The notes under the pieces were generated by a model that searched no databases, had not been told where the DNA came from, and saw only the letters and a program-made list of their open reading frames with translations. This document shows, piece after piece, positions 36,630 to 48,010 of a stretch of 64,000 bases of DNA. This DNA comes from Hemiscyllium ocellatum (lineage: Eukaryota): NCBI RefSeq assembly GCF_020745735.1, contig NC_083409.1:19116341-19180340 (forward strand). The letters run 5' to 3'. Position 1 is the first letter of the stretch. Every line of letters begins with the position of its first letter. The translations under genes were made by a program, and so were the position numbers.

Positions 36630-36664
36630 GCTTACGTTCGGTAAAGGAACCAAGCTCAGACTGA
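36630..36664 (+). CDS. IGKJ: Ig kappa J segment 2 (LTFGKGTKLRL-S)
   Basis: FGKGTKL motif, GTAAGT donor at 36665; phase 1 matches the C exon acceptor. Confidence 0.96.
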
Positions 36665-36844
36665 GTAAGTAAAACTCAATCCTCTGTTACTAACCCTTTC
36701 AATACTGAAACTTTCTAAATCGCAAATGCTGAATTGCTGCAGGTGTTAGTGGGGAGCTGCAGTGAATGAAATGGTTGATTGAGGAGCACTGTGTCTAACA
36801 GGGTGTCCAGCTGTATTTCAGTAGTCCTATTGCCCCCTTTAAGC

Positions 36845-37033
36845 AGCAAGATATAAGTCAGTAAGTTTTACTCACTGTGTGGAGGAGCTCTGTCCATTTG
36901 CAGCCTGTGGTCCCATTCCTGCAGCATGGAGTGAAATCAGTGAGTAGCCTCCTGCCAGTCTCAGTGTGACGGACACGGGCAGAGTTTGATGTGAGCTCTG
37001 GCTCCCTGTCCCAGTCTCTGATCTCACTGACCT

Positions 37034-37065
<32 letters not shown>

Positions 37066-37120
37066 CAGTGAGACACCGAGCTCCCACCTCCCCCAGCTTT
37101 AACTCTGCTCAATCACACAA
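36845..37120. other. Highly conserved J-C intron block, cluster 2 copy
   Basis: Mirror of 4855-5110; contains a (CAG)n run and an isolated CACAGTG at 37064-37070. Confidence 0.7.
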
Positions 37121-38576
37121 TCACAGAGATGTTACAGTGCACACAGAGGCCGTTCCGCCCATCCTGTCTGGACCGGCTCTCCGAATGAGCAATTGACTGA
37201 GTGTCATTCTCCTGCCTTCTCCCTGTCACCCTGCACATTGTTCCTTTTCAAATAACAGTCTCATTCCCTTCGGAATGTTTCAATTGAAGCTGCCTCCACC
37301 ACACTCTCAGGCAGTGCATTCCACACCTTAACCACCCACTGGCTGAAAATGTTTCTCACTCATCTCACTTTTGCTTCTTTTACAAATTATTTTCAATCCA
37401 TGGCCTCTCCTTCTCAATTCTTTCTCAGGTGGGAACATTTTCTCCTTGTTTACTCTGTTCAGACCCCTCCTGATTTTGAATTTCTCGATCAAATCTCCTC
37501 TCTGCCTTCTCTTCTCTGAGGAAATCAGTCCCAACTTCTTCAGTCTATCTTCATAACTAACGTTCCTCATCCTCGATGGGTCAGATAGTCCATTCCTGTT
37601 CCTATTTCTAATGTTCTTATTATCTTATCTCAGTCCCAGGTCTGTTCAGGAGGAACCCATCTGTCTGTACATGTCCATCTGCCCCAAAGCCAGTCCCAAT
37701 GTTAAAATAATCTAAAGCCCTTCCTCCTGGACTGTCTTTTCAGTTCCACCGTCGCCTGTGCTATCCTCCTCTTTCTATTCTCACCTGCGTGGGGTACTGG
37801 GGATAATCTTGGAGATTCCTACTTTTGAGCTCCTGCTGCTAATTCCCTCTGGAACTCCCAAAATTCCGACTGCATGACTACATCTCTTTTCTCCCTCTGT
37901 CACTGGGACCGATGTGGACCACAACTGCTGCCTGTTCCCCCTCTCCCCTCAGGGTGCTCTGCAGTCGCTCAGTGACATCCTTCACCCTGGCACCAGGGAG
38001 ACAACTCACCATCCTGGATTCCCATCTGCAGCTGCAGAAACACCTATTGATGCCCTCACTCTCGAATCTCCTCTCACTATCGCTCTTTCAGTCTCCCTTG
38101 TGCCCCCCTGTACAGCTGAACCCCCCCGTGATGCCATGGACTTGGCTTTGGCTGCACTCCCGAGATGAACCATCATTCTCATCAGGATTCCAAACTGAAT
38201 CCTGGTTGGAGAGTGGGATGCACTCAGGGGATTCCTGTACTAGTTGCCTGATCCTTTTGGACTGTCTGCTGCTCCCCCATTCCCTCTCTCCCTGCATACT
38301 CTGAAGCTGCAGAGTGACCACATCTAGAAACGTGCTCTCCACGGAGCTCTCAGCCTCACGGACGCTCTGCACTGACACCAGCTGCTGCTCAAGCTCCAAA
38401 ACCCGGAGCTCCAACTGCTGTCACTGACCACACTTCCTGTACTCATGGTAATGCAGGAAGCAGGACAAGCAGTTCCCTCATGCAACCTGATGCACACTCT
38501 CACCACTCCCTGATTATCTTTTGTCAAAGTACTTATGAGAAACAGTAACAGCAGGGCTCACAATCCAGTACTTTCA

Positions 38577-38919
38577 ATGTCCATAGAATCACATAATTCC
38601 TACAGTATGGAAACAGGCCATTTGGTCCAACAAGTCCACACTGACCCTCCGAACAGTAACCCACCCAGACCCACTCCTCTACCTTTTTAACCTACATTTA
38701 CTCCTGACTAATGTATCTAACCTACACTATGGGCAATTTAGCATGGCCAATTCACCGAACCTGCACAGCTTTGGACTGTGGGAGGAAACCAGAGTACCCG
38801 GAGGAAACCCACGCAGGCACAGGGAGAACATGCAAACTCCACACAGACAGTCGCCCGAGGCTAGAATCAAACCTGGGTCCATAGCGCTGTGAGGCAGCAG
38901 GGCTAACCACGAAGTGACC
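38577..38919 (-). mobile_element. V-SINE with 9-bp TSD GTACTTTCA, specific to cluster 2
   Basis: TSD 38568-38576 and 38920-38928; the homologous site in cluster 1 (~355) is empty. Confidence 0.85.
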
Positions 38920-39545
38920 GTACTTTCAGTTTTCCAGGGTTTCAAGGAACCTCTACATAAACCCAAAATACTTAAGATATAGGAGCAGAATTGGGCCAGT
39001 CAGAAGAGAGTCTGCTCTGCCATTTGATCTTATGTGATGTGTTTCTCAGCCCCATTCTCCTTTTAACTTTTGATCTCCTTACTGATCAAGAACCTATCTG
39101 TCTCTGTTTTAAATACTCTCAACACCGGGGCCTCCATAGACCTCTGTGACAATGAATTCCGCAGATTCACCACCCTGTGGCTGAAGAAATGCCTCCTTAT
39201 CTCAGTTCTGACAGATCATTCTTCATTCTGAGGCTTTGCCTTCGGGCCCGAGTTTCTTCTATTCATGGAAACACCTTCTCCATGTTCTCCAGGCCTCTCA
39301 ATATTCTGTAGTTTCAATAAGATTCCCCCATCATCTTTCTAACCTCAATTTCATACAGATCCAGAATCCTCAACCATTCTTTATATGACACCCCCTTTAT
39401 TCCCAGGATCATTCTTATTCTTTCTCTCTTTTTCCTCTGGACCCTCTCCAATGACATCCTTCCTTAATAAGGAGACCAAAATTCCAAATGTGGTCTGATT
39501 ACAGACTTATACAAACTCAGCAGTACACCTCTGATGTTAAAGTTA

Positions 39546-41915
39546 ATAGAACATAGAACATAGAAGGATACAGCGCAGTACAGGCCCTTCGGCCCTCGAT
39601 GTTGCGCCGACCGAATCCTACCTAACCTATACTAGCCCAATAACTTCCAAATGCCTATCCAATGCCCGCTTAAATGACCATAAAGAAGGAGAGTTCACCA
39701 CTGATACGGGCAGGGCATTCCATGAACTCACAACCCGCTGTGTGAAGAATCTACCCCTAACATCTGTCCTATACCTACCACCCCTTAATTTAAAGCTATG
39801 TCCCCTAGTAACACCTGACTCCATTAGCGGTAAAAGGTTCTTAGTATCTACCCTATCTAAACCCCTAATCATCTTATACACTTCTATCAGATCTCCCCTA
39901 AACCTTCTCTTCTCCAATGAGAACAGCCCCAAGTGCCTCAGCCTTTCCTCATAAGATTTTCCTACCATTCCAGGCAACATCCTGGTAAACCTCCTCTGCA
40001 CTCGTTCTAAAGCTTCCACATCCTTCCTATAGTATGGCGACCAAAACTGCACACAATACTCCAGATGAGGCCGCACCAGAGTCTTATACAACTGCAACAT
40101 GACCTCAGGACTCCGGAACTCAATTCCTCTGCCAATAAAGCCCAGTACACCATATGCCTTCCTCACAGCACTATTTACCTGGGTGGCAACTTTCAGAGAT
40201 CTGTGTACAAGAACACCAAGATCCCTCTGCTCATCCACACTACCAAGTAGCCTACCATTAGCCCAGTAATCCATCATCTTGTTATTCCTACCAAAGTGAA
40301 CGACTTCGCACTTAGCTACATTGAATTCCATTTGCCACATTTCCGCCCAGCTCTGCAACTTATCTATATCCCGCTGTAACCTACCACTTCCTTCCTCACT
40401 ATCCACAACTCCACCGACTTTCGTGTCATCCGCAAACTTGCTTACCCAGCTTTCAAGTCCTTCCTCTAGATCATTTATAAAGATAACAAAAAGCAATGGT
40501 CCCAAAACAGATCCTTGTGGTACACCGCTAGTAACTGCGCTCCAAGATGAACATAATCCATCAACTACTACCCTCTGTCTCCTTCCAGCCAGCCAATTCC
40601 TAATCCAAACCTCTAAAGTATCCTCAATGCCATACCTCCGAAGTTTTAGCATTAGCCTACCATGGGGAACCTTATCGAACGCCTTACTAAAATCCATATA
40701 CACAACATCTACTGCTTTACCCTCATCCACTTCCTTGGTCACCTTCTCAAAGAACTCAATAAGGTTTGTGAGGCACGACCTGCCCTTCACAAAACCATGC
40801 TGGCTATCCCTGATCACGTTATTCCTACCCAGATGTTCATAAATCTTATCCCTTACCATTCTCTCTAAGACTTTGCCCACCACTGAAGTCAGACTCACTG
40901 GCCTATAGTTGCTAGGGCTATCCCTACTCCCTTTCTTGAACAATGGGACCACATTCGCTATCCTCCAGTCCTCTGGTACTATTCCTGTTGACAACGATGA
41001 CATAAAAATCCAGGCCAATGGCTCTGCTATCTCCTCCCTAGCTTCCCATAGGATCCTGGGTAAATGCCATCAGGCCCAGGAGACTTATCTATATTCATCC
41101 TTTCAATATTCCCAAAACCTCTTCCCTGCATATTTCCAGGTCATCCATTCTAATTATTTGTGATTCCATATTCACATCAGCAACAGTGTCCTGTTCCTGA
41201 GTGAATACTGATGAAAAGTACTGATTTAATGTCTCTCCAATCTCCTCCGCCTCCACACACAACTTCCCACTACTATCCTTGACTGGACCGATACCTACCC
41301 TAGTCATCCTTTTATTCTTGACATACCTATAGAAAGCCTTTGGGTTTTCCCTAATCCTACCAGCTAAAGACTTTTCATGTCCCCTTCTCGCTTCTCTTAG
41401 CTCTCTCTTTAGCTCCTTCCTGGCTACCTTATAACTCTCTATCGCCCCTACTGAACCTTCACGCCTCATCTTTACATATGCCGCCTTCTTCCCTTTCACA
41501 AGGGACTCCAATTCCTTACTAAACCACGGCTGCCTCACAAGGCCCTTTACACCATGCCTGACTGTACATACCTATCGAGGACACGCAGTAGCTGCTCCTT
41601 GAACACTCCCCACATCTCATTCGTGTTCTTCTCTTGAAGCCTGTTTTTCCAATCCACACATCCTAAGTCATGCCTCACTGCATCATAATTTCCCTGCCCC
41701 CAGCTATAGCTCTTGCCCTGCGGCACACGATTATCCCTCTCCATCACTAAAGTAAAAGTCACCGAGTTGTGGTCACTGTCCCCGAAGTGCTCACCTACCT
41801 CCAAGTCCAACACCTGGCCTGGTTCATTACCTAGAACCAAATCCAATATAGCCTCCCTCTTGTTGGCCTGTCGACATATTGTGTCAGGAAACCCTCCTGC
41901 ACACATTGTACAAAC
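39546..41915 (-). mobile_element. Young 5'-truncated CR1-clade LINE (ORF2: endonuclease tail and RT) in the cluster 2 J-C intron
   Basis: 463-aa ORF 41018-39627 with GVPQGSVLGPLLF and FADD; upstream ORF2 pieces joined by three -1 frameshifts; (TTCTATG)n 3' tail at 39546-39565. Confidence 0.93.
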
Positions 41916-42944
41916 ATCAGTAATGTTAACATTGTAACTGCCTTTCAAACTGCCAATGGTGAACCTGCACGTTAACCTTCAGAGAAACCTGAGCAAGGAC
42001 TCCCATTCTCTTTGTGCTTCAGATTTCTGAAATCTTTCCTCACTTAGAAAACAGTCTGTGCCTCTATTCTTCCCACCAAAGTATCTAGCCTCACAAGTTC
42101 CCGCATTGTACTCCACCTGCCACTTCTTTGCACATTCTCCCAGCCTGACCAAGTCCTTCTGCAATCTCCCCCATTTCCTCAACTCCACTTGACTTTTCAC
42201 CAATTTTTGCGTCATCTACAAACTTATCAACAAAACTTGGTGAATGATAGGGCCTTAAGGAATATAGTGGAACAGAGGGAGCTTAGAATTCAGGTAAGCA
42301 GTTCTCTGAAGATGGAGTCACAGGTAGATAGAGCAGAGAGCTTTTTCTGCAGTACCCTTCATCAGTCAGGGCATTAACTACAGACGTTGGGAAGTAATGT
42401 TGCAGTTATACAGGACATTGGTGAAGTCACACTTGGAATATTGTGTTCAGTTTTGGTCACTTTGTTACAGGAAGGATGTTATTAAACTGGAAAGAGTGCA
42501 GAGGAAATTTGCAAGGTTGTTGCCAGGATTCAATGGTTTCGGTTAAAGGGAGAGTACTTTTTTCTTTAGAGTGTAGGAGACTAAGGGAGGACCTCAAAAG
42601 ATCATGACAGGCATGGATAGGGTGACTTCACTCACTCTTTTCCCCAAGGTTTGCGAATATGAGCTAGGGCGCATCAGTTTAAGGCTAGAGGGGAAAGAAT
42701 AAACGGGAACCTGAGGGGCAACCTTTTTATACATAGGATTGTTCGTATATGGAATGAGCTGCCAGTGGAAGTGGTTGAGGTGGGTACATTAATAACATTT
42801 AAAAGGCGTTTGGACAAATACAGCAAAGGAAAGGATTCAGAAGGATATGGGCCAAGTGCAGGATTAGTGTAAATGGACATTTTGGTGGGCATGGACCAGT
42901 TTGGTCCAAATGGCCTGTCTCCATGCTGTAGGACTCTGTGACAT

Positions 42945-43434
42945 TGTTATGGACCAGGCCAGACCCTTCGAAACATTTTAAGAATGCAGCCCAGACCTTA
43001 CCTTTTCGAATTGTGTTCAGCAAACGTAACCTGGATAGTCCAGGAATGATACAACTGGCCAAACCACTCAGCTTGAAGGAAAAGAGAATTTATTTACACA
43101 CAATCAAAAGAAAGCAGAATGTAGAATAACTTAACTGTTTGAAAACCCAACTGACAAGAAAATGCAACTTGACAAAGAGCTGTTCCAATTTGCTGCAACA
43201 TCCTTGGTAAAAAGGTAAATATAAACACAGGGGTTCTTACAGGAGAGGAATTTCAGACAGTGAGTCCACTGGAAAATGTTGAATTGGGGAACCTTTCTCA
43301 CCAGCAGCTTTCTTTATCCAGGAGCTTCCTACCGACTGTTTGTCAAAAACAGCAAACTGGAAGAACTGGCCACTCTCCTTTTATTGGACAAGTATCTAAA
43401 ATAAAACCTCAAAGTTAATTGCATTACCGGTACA
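42945..43434. mobile_element. Possible solo or partial LTR
   Basis: Starts TGTTATGG and ends TACA; A-rich, unlike the flanking CR1 pieces; no TSD found. Confidence 0.4.
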
Positions 43435-44519
43435 TCTGACTCCAGATTCCCTGTCACAAACTGCAGGGTGAATTCTGTCATATTACGGTCAATGCCCCCA
43501 AGGGATTCCTTCACCCTAAGTTCCCTAATCAGGTCTGCTTCAATACACATCACCCAATCCAGAATTGCCTGTTCCATAGTGATCTCTACCACAAGCTGCT
43601 CCAAAAATCATCTCGTAGACATTTCATTAATTCCTTTCCTTGAGATCCCCAAACAATTTAATTTTCCAGTCTACCTGCATATTGAAGTCCCTCATGACCA
43701 TTGTAGCAGGGCCTTCTCTATCACTTGATTTAGTTTCTTCCTCATATCCTGACTGCTGCTGGGGGGTCCTGTGCTAAGTTCTCATCATGCTCTTTCTCCC
43801 TTACAACTCCTCACCTCTACCCACACAGATTAAATGCATTCCAACTCTAAATCCCTTCTTGTGATTGATCTCATTTCATTTCTTACCAAGAAGGTAACCC
43901 CACCCCCATCTGCCCATCAGCATGTCCTGTCAATCGGATGTGCATCCTTGAGTATTTCATTCCCAGCCCTCAACCCCTTACAGCCAGGTCTCTGTGATAC
44001 TCAAAGCATCATACCTGCCAATTCCAATCTGCGCTACAAGCTCATTTACCTCATTTCGGATACTCCCTGCATTCAGGTACGACACCCTCAGACCTGCATT
44101 GACTGCCCTCCTTTTCATAGTTGTTCCCTTATGCACTGTGCCTAAAATTAATTTTCTGACCCTTTCCATAATCTATGTCCGATTAATTATTCTGGAAATT
44201 TTACTAACCTCTCCTGAGCCCTGCGTCACTTTAATGATTTTAAAGTCCTTGGGAACTCAAATTATCTCAATTTATGGCATCACACTGTCTATCTTATTCT
44301 AAATGATGCATGCGTCATCATACAAAGACTTTTTAAGTTATTTCTATTGTCAAGTTTCCCTGCACTTCTGTATTGCCTTGTTACAATAGGACATTCACAA
44401 ATTCTGACCCTTCCTCTTATTTTCTGGTAACAATCAAACCCATCACTAACCACGACTCCCACCTTCTGTGCCTTTCATTTTCTCACATTCTGTGCAACTG
44501 AACCCATTTGCTTTCTCTT

Positions 44520-44950
44520 TGGGTTGACTTCAGGTCAATATTTATCCCTGAAACATCACTGAACATGCTTCGTAATCTCATTTTTGTTTGTGTAATATTG
44601 CTGTGTACAAATTATGTTTTCTGCATTACAACAGTGACCAGTGTCCAGACAAGTCCCTCACTCTCTGTAAATGCTTTGGGAGAGCCTGACATACAAGTCT
44701 CTCTTTTGATGCACTGGGAGCCTTTCAGATATCAGAGATGCCATTCCATGGCTCTATTAGACAGACAGCAGGACGGTGTCTCCTGGTGTCCTGGTCAATA
44801 TTGATTCCCTAATGAGCATCACTAAAAATCGGATCCTCGCCTCATTGTCACCCAGCTCTCTGGGATCTTGCTGAGCACAGTCTGATGGAAAGAGCCACTG
44901 CGACATCCTGAGGTGGAGGCAGGTGCAACATAAATGCAAGTCTTTCTTTG
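44520..44950 (+). mobile_element. Two tandem relics of a Deu-domain-type SINE (similar relics near 53560-54040 minus, 59390-59540, 63790-63960)
   Basis: CAATATTTATCCCT..CATCACT..CATTACAACAGTGAC..ATAAATGCAAGTCTTTCTTT motifs recalled from Deu-SINE bodies; strongly decayed. Confidence 0.55.
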
Positions 44951-46517
44951 AGGTTGGAGTCTCCTGAACCTGACCCTTGCCCATTGGATGCACGCTTCCA
45001 TCTTCCAGGGAATATGGGATCATTAAGAGCAGTGTCACTGTCTGATCCCAAGACACTGAGACTCTTTGCAGCCTCACCTTTGACCTTAACCCAGCGCTGA
45101 TCTGGAAGATTTGAAACAAAATCTAGAACCTTCTACATGGACACCCAACGTGACTCCTTCCTGAAGTGTGCTGATCCAACTCTGCTCCAATGTTGTTGGA
45201 TAAACTTATCCCGAGCTGTGAGTGATCGGAGGTTTGCTAAAGAGGTGTCGAACTCCACCCCACATACCAGCTCTTGCTCCATAGCTCTGGAGGCTTTGGT
45301 GTTTCAAGTGAATATCCAAGTGTTTTTTTCAATGTGATGAGGGTTTCTGCCGCTCTCATCCTTTCAGCTAGTGAGGTCCTGATCCCACCAGCCACTGGGT
45401 GAAAACAATTACTCTTCAACTCCCCTCTAACCCTGCCCCCAATTCATTTCAATCTCTCTCCATGGTTATTGCCCTCTCTGCCAATGGAAATCAGTCCTTC
45501 CTACCCACTTTATCCAGACCTCTCATCATTTTACACACCATCGATCAAATCTCCCCTCAGCCTCCTGTGTTCCAAAGAAACCAGTCCCAGCCAAACCAAT
45601 CATTCCTCAAAGCTAATACTCCTAATTTCTGACAAAATCCTCCACTGTCCCCATCTCTAGGGGGACCAGAACTGCACACAGTTCTCTCACAGTGCTCTAA
45701 CTGGGCTTTATTTGAGGTCAGAAGTCACACAACACCAGGTTATAGTCCAACAGGCTTATTTCAAATCACAAGATTTCAGAGCACTGTTCCTTCAGCACTG
45801 AAGTCGCTTCACCTGAAGATGGAGCAGCATTTCAAAAGCTTGTGATTTTAAATAAACCTGTTGAACTGTAACATGGTGTCATGTGACTCCTGCACATGTC
45901 CACCCCTGTCGGACACCAGAGCCTCCACATCATATCGATAGTTTCACATCTTTGCTGAGACTCTCTCTTTGGGAGTGTCACTCTTACTCTTTTGGGAAAA
46001 GATTCTGAATGATCTCTGTCTCTGTCTCATCCTTGGAGGCCTCCCACTGCCCTGTCACTGATCTCCCATCACGTCGATGGTTCCAGTACTCTTTTATCAA
46101 ATTACCACACAGTTTGGTAAAATGAGTTGTTCCCAAATAAAAACTTTTACACTTGCTCCATGGTTCTCCATTTCCATCCCTATTCTCAATCTCACTGAGT
46201 TCTGATCACTGTCACTAAAATGCTCCCACATTGATAGCCTTTCCAGCTGCCCACATTCAATCCTTAAATGGTGGTCCAGGACTGTCCCTTCTCTTTCTGC
46301 TGCATCACCATCACCTTCTCAAGGACAATTAGGGATGGGCAGCAACTGGCTCTGCCAGTGCCGTACACGTCCCAAAAAGCAATTTTTAAAATGCCAGTGC
46401 TTTTGTCAGGTCTGCTAGGTACTGGATACAAATGTTCAAATGTTTTACCAGTTAATGTTCAGAGAGTTTATGTACCTTCAAAAGGCAGGGATTAAAATTG
46501 TTTCTCTTGTCTTTCAG

Positions 46518-46846
46518 GCCGTGACAACTCTCAGCCCAAACTGACCCTGCTGCCCCCCTCCCCGGAGCAGGTCAATGCCAAGGGCACTGCCACCCTGGTG
46601 TGCCTTGCCAATCACTTCTATCCCGATGAGCTGGAGGTGCAGTGGAAGAAGGACGGTGCAGTCATTTCGGACGGGGTTCAGACCAGCAACTACCAGCAAG
46701 CTTCGGACAGCACCTACAGTGTCAGCAGCCTGCTGACCCTCTCTGGGGCTGACTGGGAGTCCAACGCTCACTTCTCCTGTGCCCTCACCCACGTGACCCT
46801 CCCTTCTCCCCTCAGCAAGAGCATCAGGAGATCAGAATGTGTGTAG
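46518..46846 (+). CDS. IGKC: Ig kappa constant exon of cluster 2 (S-RDNSQPKLTLLPPS...TLVCLANHFYPDEL.VQWK...YSVSSLLTLS...FSCALTHVTL...RSECV*)
   Basis: Polypyrimidine acceptor CTTTCAG|; in frame with J2 (A|GC = Ser); C1-set Cys/Trp/Cys and C-terminal interchain Cys; J-C intron is 9853 bp. Confidence 0.97.
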
Positions 46847-47373
46847 AGTGTTCAAGACAGTCCACAGAGGAGACACAACTTTAAATAGGACAGGGCTGAG
46901 CTGGCAGGTCAAAGGTCATTGTCAGCACTGAATTTCAACTCTCTTCCTTCACAGGACTGGCTCAGAGACACTTCTGACCTTCAGGGGTTAAGGCAGGTCA
47001 TTGGCATAGTGTAGAGAAAACTTTACTCTTTATCTAGCCCCATGCCTTCCCTGACCTGGATGTGTTTGATGGGGACAGTGTTAACTTGCGATGTCAAGTA
47101 TAACCTCTAGAAGATCCTAAAGACTGTCAGCTGTGCAAAAACAATGTGAACCTCAAAAGTCTCTGATTCAGTAAAACAGACCTCCTTCCTGCTCAGCCGT
47201 CAGTTCCAATTTAAGGTTTTGTCACTGTTTAAAGGGACAGGATTCTCATGTTATTGAGTAAATCTCCACAAGTGTTTTCCTCAAGCTCCATTGTGGCTGT
47301 GAATTTGTGCAGCTTCCTCTGTCTGGGCTGTTAATTGCTGACTGTTTTTTGTCAATGTCAATCTGGAAAAGGG

Positions 47374-47379
47374 AATAAA
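47374..47379 (+). terminator. Candidate polyadenylation signal of the kappa transcript
   Basis: First AATAAA after the C stop codon (about 530 nt downstream), followed by a TCTG/GT-rich stretch. Confidence 0.5.
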
Positions 47380-47524
47380 GATGAAGAAGATTCAGTCTCT
47401 GTCTCTGTGAGTGCTTTGGGAATGGCCAGAGCTGAGTCCTCAGGGATAGGTGTACGAAGTGAAAAGCTCCACCCCACCCCCAGGTATGGAGCAGGAAGGG
47501 GAGAATAGAGGGGGCAATGGGGAA

Positions 47525-48010
47525 CACAATAATCTGATGGGAATTCCCCTGAACACCAACACATCCTTTCAGCACAGCAAGATCCCGAGCCAAGCCGTTC
47601 AGTTCACATTTTATTGATCAATTTGACCAGCAGGATCTTACTACCTAGAATAACAATACCACAGGGTTTGCAAAGTAAATATTCCATACAGCATTTGATT
47701 GGTATTTGGAGAGAATGTGCAAAATCCACATAGACATTCACCTGAGGCGAGGATCGAACCTAGGTCTCTGGTACTATGAGGTAGCAGTGCTAGCCACTGA
47801 GCCACCATACTGACTGGATCCATCCCTGATACAAAATATTCTGATGGCAATTCCCCCTCCACACCAATCCATCCATCAGGGACAGCAAGATCCTGAGCCA
47901 AACAAATCAGATCAGGTTCACTGGGGACACTCTATTGATCAATATGATCAGCAGAATCTTGGAACTCAGAATAACAATTCCACAGGGTTTGGGTAATAAA
48001 TATTCCATAA
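47525..48010 (+). repeat. Diverged ~170-bp direct duplication 3' of C (47525-47695 and 47832-48010) separated by a SINE head
   Basis: Shared CTGATGG.AATTCCCC, CAGCAAGATCC.GAGCCAA, TATTGATCAAT.TGA.CAGCAG.ATCTT and AGAATAACAAT.CCACAGGGTTTG blocks. Confidence 0.8.

Larger units (their letters stand above)
30135..39300 (+). repeat. Right arm of inverted segmental duplication A (cluster 2)
   Basis: See left arm; the ORF track also shows paired near-identical peptides on opposite strands (518..958+ vs 38088..38414-; 4860..5102+ vs 36858..37112-). Confidence 0.9.
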
